DNA of 64,000 bases from Ostrea edulis (taxonomy: Eukaryota), in assembly GCF_947568905.1 (NCBI RefSeq), contig NC_079164.1, positions 10,850,001 through 10,914,000 on the forward strand, read 5' to 3'. Under the pieces are notes generated by a model that made no database searches, was not told the origin of the DNA, and was given only the letters and a program-made list of their open reading frames with translations. How positions within the stretch are numbered: the stretch's first letter is position 1; the number at the start of each line of letters is the position of its first letter. The position numbers and the translations under genes were made by a program. Shown piece by piece: positions 60,323 to 64,000 of the stretch.

Positions 60323-61039
60323 TTAACGATATGAAAATCCAGACCTACAGTACAAGTAAATTTGAAAATTTTCAACTTCAAAATATTGTTGTACAATCCT
60401 CCACTTTTCATCCATATCAAATTTCTCTAGTGTAGCATACCTCCTTAAACAGTTAAAGCATTTGATTTCATCCACTATCGTTAAAATGATAATCTCCCTT
60501 GGACACGGTTTTGTGTCGAGGGCCTGTCCCGAGACACAAGATTATTCCAATTTCACCTCAGATCAAAGGGATACGTCTGACTAAAAATTCTAACTTCAGT
60601 AATAAACTCCGGAGACTGAGACATATTTGTATAGTCCTAATCTTTGCACTTCGCGCGCTTTCTTGACAAATGGTCGGAAAGAAAACGATGGCGTCGAAAG
60701 TTTTGATATGAAGTTCATCGCCTATAGATAGAGGAGCAAGGACGTATTACACAGATTCATTATATTAGATCACGTGTAAAACACAAAAGGGTAGTTAGAA
60801 ATGCACAGACAGTCACGTGGTCAGAACTAGGTCGTTCCAGAGAGAAAGAGTACTGCACGACCCAGGTGCTTATTTTATGAAGTTCGCAAGCTATACTACC
60901 TACTAGTCCTATATAATTATATAGTGTAGCTTGCGAAGTTTATGAAACAAGCGACTGTGATGCAAGAAGACAGACAGTCTTTTCAAACTATTTTCATTTA
61001 TATCTTTAAAAACGAGGTTTATTTGCATGCACATTTGTA

Positions 61040-61700
61040 TCATTTAAGGTGAAGATAATGAACAGTGATAAATCTCATAATTCCTATAAGGAATACAAAA
61101 TAAAGAGTTGGGCAAACATGAACCTCTGGACACACCAGAGGCAAGATCTGCCTAGGAGGAGTAAGCATCCCCTGTCGACTGGTCACACCTGCTGAGAGCC
61201 CTATCTTTTGATCAGGTAAACGGAGTAACCAGTAGTCAAAAGCAGTGTGCCAATAACAGCCTAACAAACAGTATGAAACATGTTAGACAACACTTGCAAA
61301 GTAAATCTTTATAACGGACATAGAATTTGCAAAATGCTGACTTTAAATGAGACTGTTGAAACCCCTGTAACATCAACTTGTTTGTCTATAGCCTGAGAAA
61401 GTTTCCCAGTTTACTTTCGGAAGGTCGGTGGCCTCTTCCCAGGTACATTGTATCTGGGTTCTCTCTTCCACTAATAAAAACTGGGCACCACCAGATAACT
61501 GAAAAATTTTTGAGTGTGGCGGAAAACATAATCAATCAATCAATCGATTTGAAAATGATCAAACGCAAAACAAGCTCTTGTGTATTTAAATCAGTTGAGA
61601 GATATAAACACTATATGCAGGTGACAATGGAATATTGCTACATAAATATGGGAAGTTGACGATGGAGAAGCATAAATTATCCCGTTTGTCATACAGTAGA
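61040..61700 (-). mobile_element. Degenerate 3' part of an RT-encoding retroelement (Penelope-like), interrupted by a SINE 3' fragment (~61395-61545)
   Basis: Minus-strand translation LYDKRDNLCFSIVNFPYLCSNIPLSPAYSVYISQLI, the YDKRDDF.F.IVNFP...NIP..PAYGVYISQL motif. The inserted piece ends in (CAAT)n. The Penelope-like label is from recall. Confidence 0.65.
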
Positions 61701-62205
61701 GTTGGTAGTTTGCCATTTCTATTCATTTTCAATAAAATATCTAAGTATGAAGCAGATGTGGAGGATTCATTTCATTCAAAGAACACTGTAGTACTGATAA
61801 TTTTATTAACATCTAACTGGAGCACATACATGTGTACCTTTTTAAGGTGCTTGCCTCGCAATCAATTCCAGTGACCAGTACTTAAAGACATTTAACACAT
61901 GTACACGTATTGGGGTTTCATTGCCAAGTGCCCAGCATTAAAAACGAAAGTCTTTCCTATATAAACCCAACACGGATGGTGTTGGCACTTTAATACAGAT
62001 CCCTCTCTGTTATGATCTTGTGTCCGTGTGTGCAATTCAGCGGACAAAATTTCTAAGGCATTATTTCACGTATACAGTTGATCTCGATACGAGTGAAAAT
62101 ACTTTGAATGGGATGTAGAGCAATAAAAAAAATAAGCCTTCCAGTTCATGTATCCATTAAATATTGTGTGGAAAATTCAATTTGTTTAACAAGTACAACA
62201 GAAAA

Positions 62206-62449
62206 CTATCTTTTATTTTTGCCCATTCTTTTGCCTCCTTTAGTTTTCCCTTTCTTTCCTTTTCCTTTTCCTCTGACGTGAGTGGATTTTTTGTCTTTAG
62301 CATGGTCCTTCTTCATACGAGGATCCACTACCTTGAAGAGTCCCTGCACTCCGTGAGGACGTCTCACCCTCTTCCCAGTCCCCTTCTTTGCCACCACATA
62401 AGTGATCTCTTTCTTCTTTTGGGACAATAAGCCTGCCTTCTTGTAAATC
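62206..62449 (-). CDS. FTSJ3: Last coding exon of pre-rRNA 2'-O-methyltransferase FTSJ3/Spb1; upstream exons lie beyond the window
   Basis: Acceptor TATTACAG then IYKKAGL...[34 protein letters not shown], matching the Spb1 C-terminal domain. Basic tail and TAG at 62206. Confidence 0.9.
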
Positions 62450-62514
62450 CTGTAATATAGTACATTTGACAATGTGTCATGAAGCAGTAGGACTTTTAGA
62501 AGAGCCAACACTTA

Positions 62515-63520
62515 CACAAGAGGCCCATGGACCACAATGCTTGCCTGAGTTTCTTGGTCTTGTTTTATTTCAAAAAGATTTTTTACCCTCTTTATTAAAA
62601 AAAAAATTAAAAAATTTGACCCTATATTATGATCCCACCCTAGCCCCAGCGAGTGATGGTTTTAGCAAACATGAATCCACACACCTGAATGGATGCTTCA
62701 TTATCAATATCACTGACATGACCTTGTCATTCTGGAGATTTTTTTTTTTAAAGATTTACCCCCTATATTCATGTACTCTTCTAGTTCCAGACTAACCCCC
62801 AGCATCCATAATTTGAAAAGGTACATGATGCCCCTGTGAGAAGGTTAAAAGGTACATGATGCCCCTGTGAGAAGGTTAAGAGGTACATGATGCCCCTGTG
62901 AGAAGGTTAAAAGGTACATGATGCCCCTGTGAGAAGGTTAACAGGTACATGATACCCCTGTGAGAAGGTTAAAAGGTACATGATACCCCTGTGAGAAGGT
63001 TAAAAGGTACATGATGCCCCTGTGAGAAGGTTATATAGGGTGTTGTATAAGGGCCATGGTTTGATCAAATATGAATCCACACTACATTGGAAAGCTTTCA
63101 TATTAATATGACTAATCATGACCACTGGTTCTTAAGAAAAGGGTTTATAAAGATTTTGTTTATACATTGTTTAGATATTTGCATGTAAAGTTTGATCCCC
63201 TCTCATGTCTACTGCTACCATGACTGAGAATCAGCACTAACTGAGGATGATTTGCATGTTTTTGAGAAGAAAATTTAAATTCTCAGTTTCCCACACAAAA
63301 CTTTGAATATGCATTGTGGCCCAGACCTACCCTATGAGCATTGATTTGAACAAACTTGAATCTGCACTACCTGAGAATGTTTGCATACTATGATGGATCA
63401 TGTGTACTGTTTCTTTTAAAAATAAGATATTTGATTTATCCTATATATTCTTGTGTAAATCTTTGATTCCCTGTTGTGGCCACATCCTATCCCATGGGGC
63501 CATAATTTGAAATTTTAGAA
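62515..63520 (-). mobile_element. Helitron-N-type element with Cg170-like units and an internal 31-bp tandem array (~62820-63030, ~7 copies)
   Basis: ACAAGAGGCCCATGGACCAC end, GAATCTGCACT / TTTGATCCCC units, and array unit AGGTACATGATGCCCCTGTGAGAAGGTTAAA. Confidence 0.75.
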
Positions 63521-63834
63521 TCTAAACTCATTAATGGGACTGGTTCACAATTTTTCAAAAATTTTCCCTTCATTTATTGATGATAAACATCTAAAATATA
63601 TCGTAAATCTGGATATTTTTGCGTCAATTTACTTTTGAGAATTTGAGTAAAAAGCCTATATATTTATTTTTGTGTTTCTTATTTTTGCAGATTTATGTAA
63701 AAACATTAAAAAACGTGTGAAACATTATTTTTGAGAAAAATATTTTTGCGAATCCAAATGAATCGCAAAATCGCTAAAAATTAATCGACAGCAAAAATAA
63801 CCAGATTTACGGTAACATATTTAATGTTGACAGC

Positions 63835-64000
63835 CAAAATTTTGACCGTCTGAATGCAAGAATAAGAGCAATATTTTACCCTTTAAATCTGTGTTATGTA
63901 AACAAAGACATAAGTCTTTTCATGTTTACAAACCAGTGAAAAATTTAACTTTTAGATGACACATTTTACCTAAAGAATACTTGTAATGTGATAGATATAA
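63835..64000 (-). mobile_element. Partial copy of the Kolobok-type family at 15817-16355 (opposite orientation)
   Basis: TTTAAATCTGTGTTATGTAAACAAAGAC...TTTTAGATGACACATTTTAC is the reverse complement of ~16100-16270. Confidence 0.65.

Noticed and set aside
60640-60960. CpG-rich promoter-like patch with CACGTG motifs and a hairpin
   Set aside because: No adjoining exon found. The hairpin (TTCGCAAGCTA/TAGCTTGCGAA) suggests a MITE remnant.
2979-62449. Apparent functional cluster of gene-expression genes (MED19, RPL6, INO80E, ADAT2, FTSJ3)
   Set aside because: Housekeeping genes commonly co-locate in gene-dense regions. There is no evidence of a dedicated pathway cluster without a synteny test.

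Overview
AT-rich eukaryotic genomic DNA with spliceosomal introns. The repeats (a ~166-bp Cg170-like satellite inside Helitron/Helentron-type elements, and (CAAT)n-tailed tRNA-SINEs) suggest an oyster-like bivalve; this is an inference. I reconstructed eight protein genes by hand with phase-consistent splice junctions: MED19 (+), RPL6 (-), INO80E (+, head-to-head with RPL6), an uncharacterised C2H2-like zinc-finger/coiled-coil gene (-, needing a GC-AG intron), ADAT2 (+, single coding exon), a type II alternative NADH dehydrogenase (+, 8 coding exons), a secreted 12-Cys prokineticin/astakine-like peptide (+), and the last exon of FTSJ3 (-). The rest is largely non-autonomous transposons and minisatellites. 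Three observations stand out. (1) ADAT2 and NDH-2 appear to form one transcription unit with a shared non-coding first exon and no poly(A) signal between them. (2) Exon-intron junctions have repeatedly seeded tandem repeats, giving stacks of decoy splice sites in four genes, including >20 copies of the NDH-2 exon-6 donor. (3) The peptide has an internal furin-type site within a Cys-bounded loop. All gene models are manual and lack transcript support.
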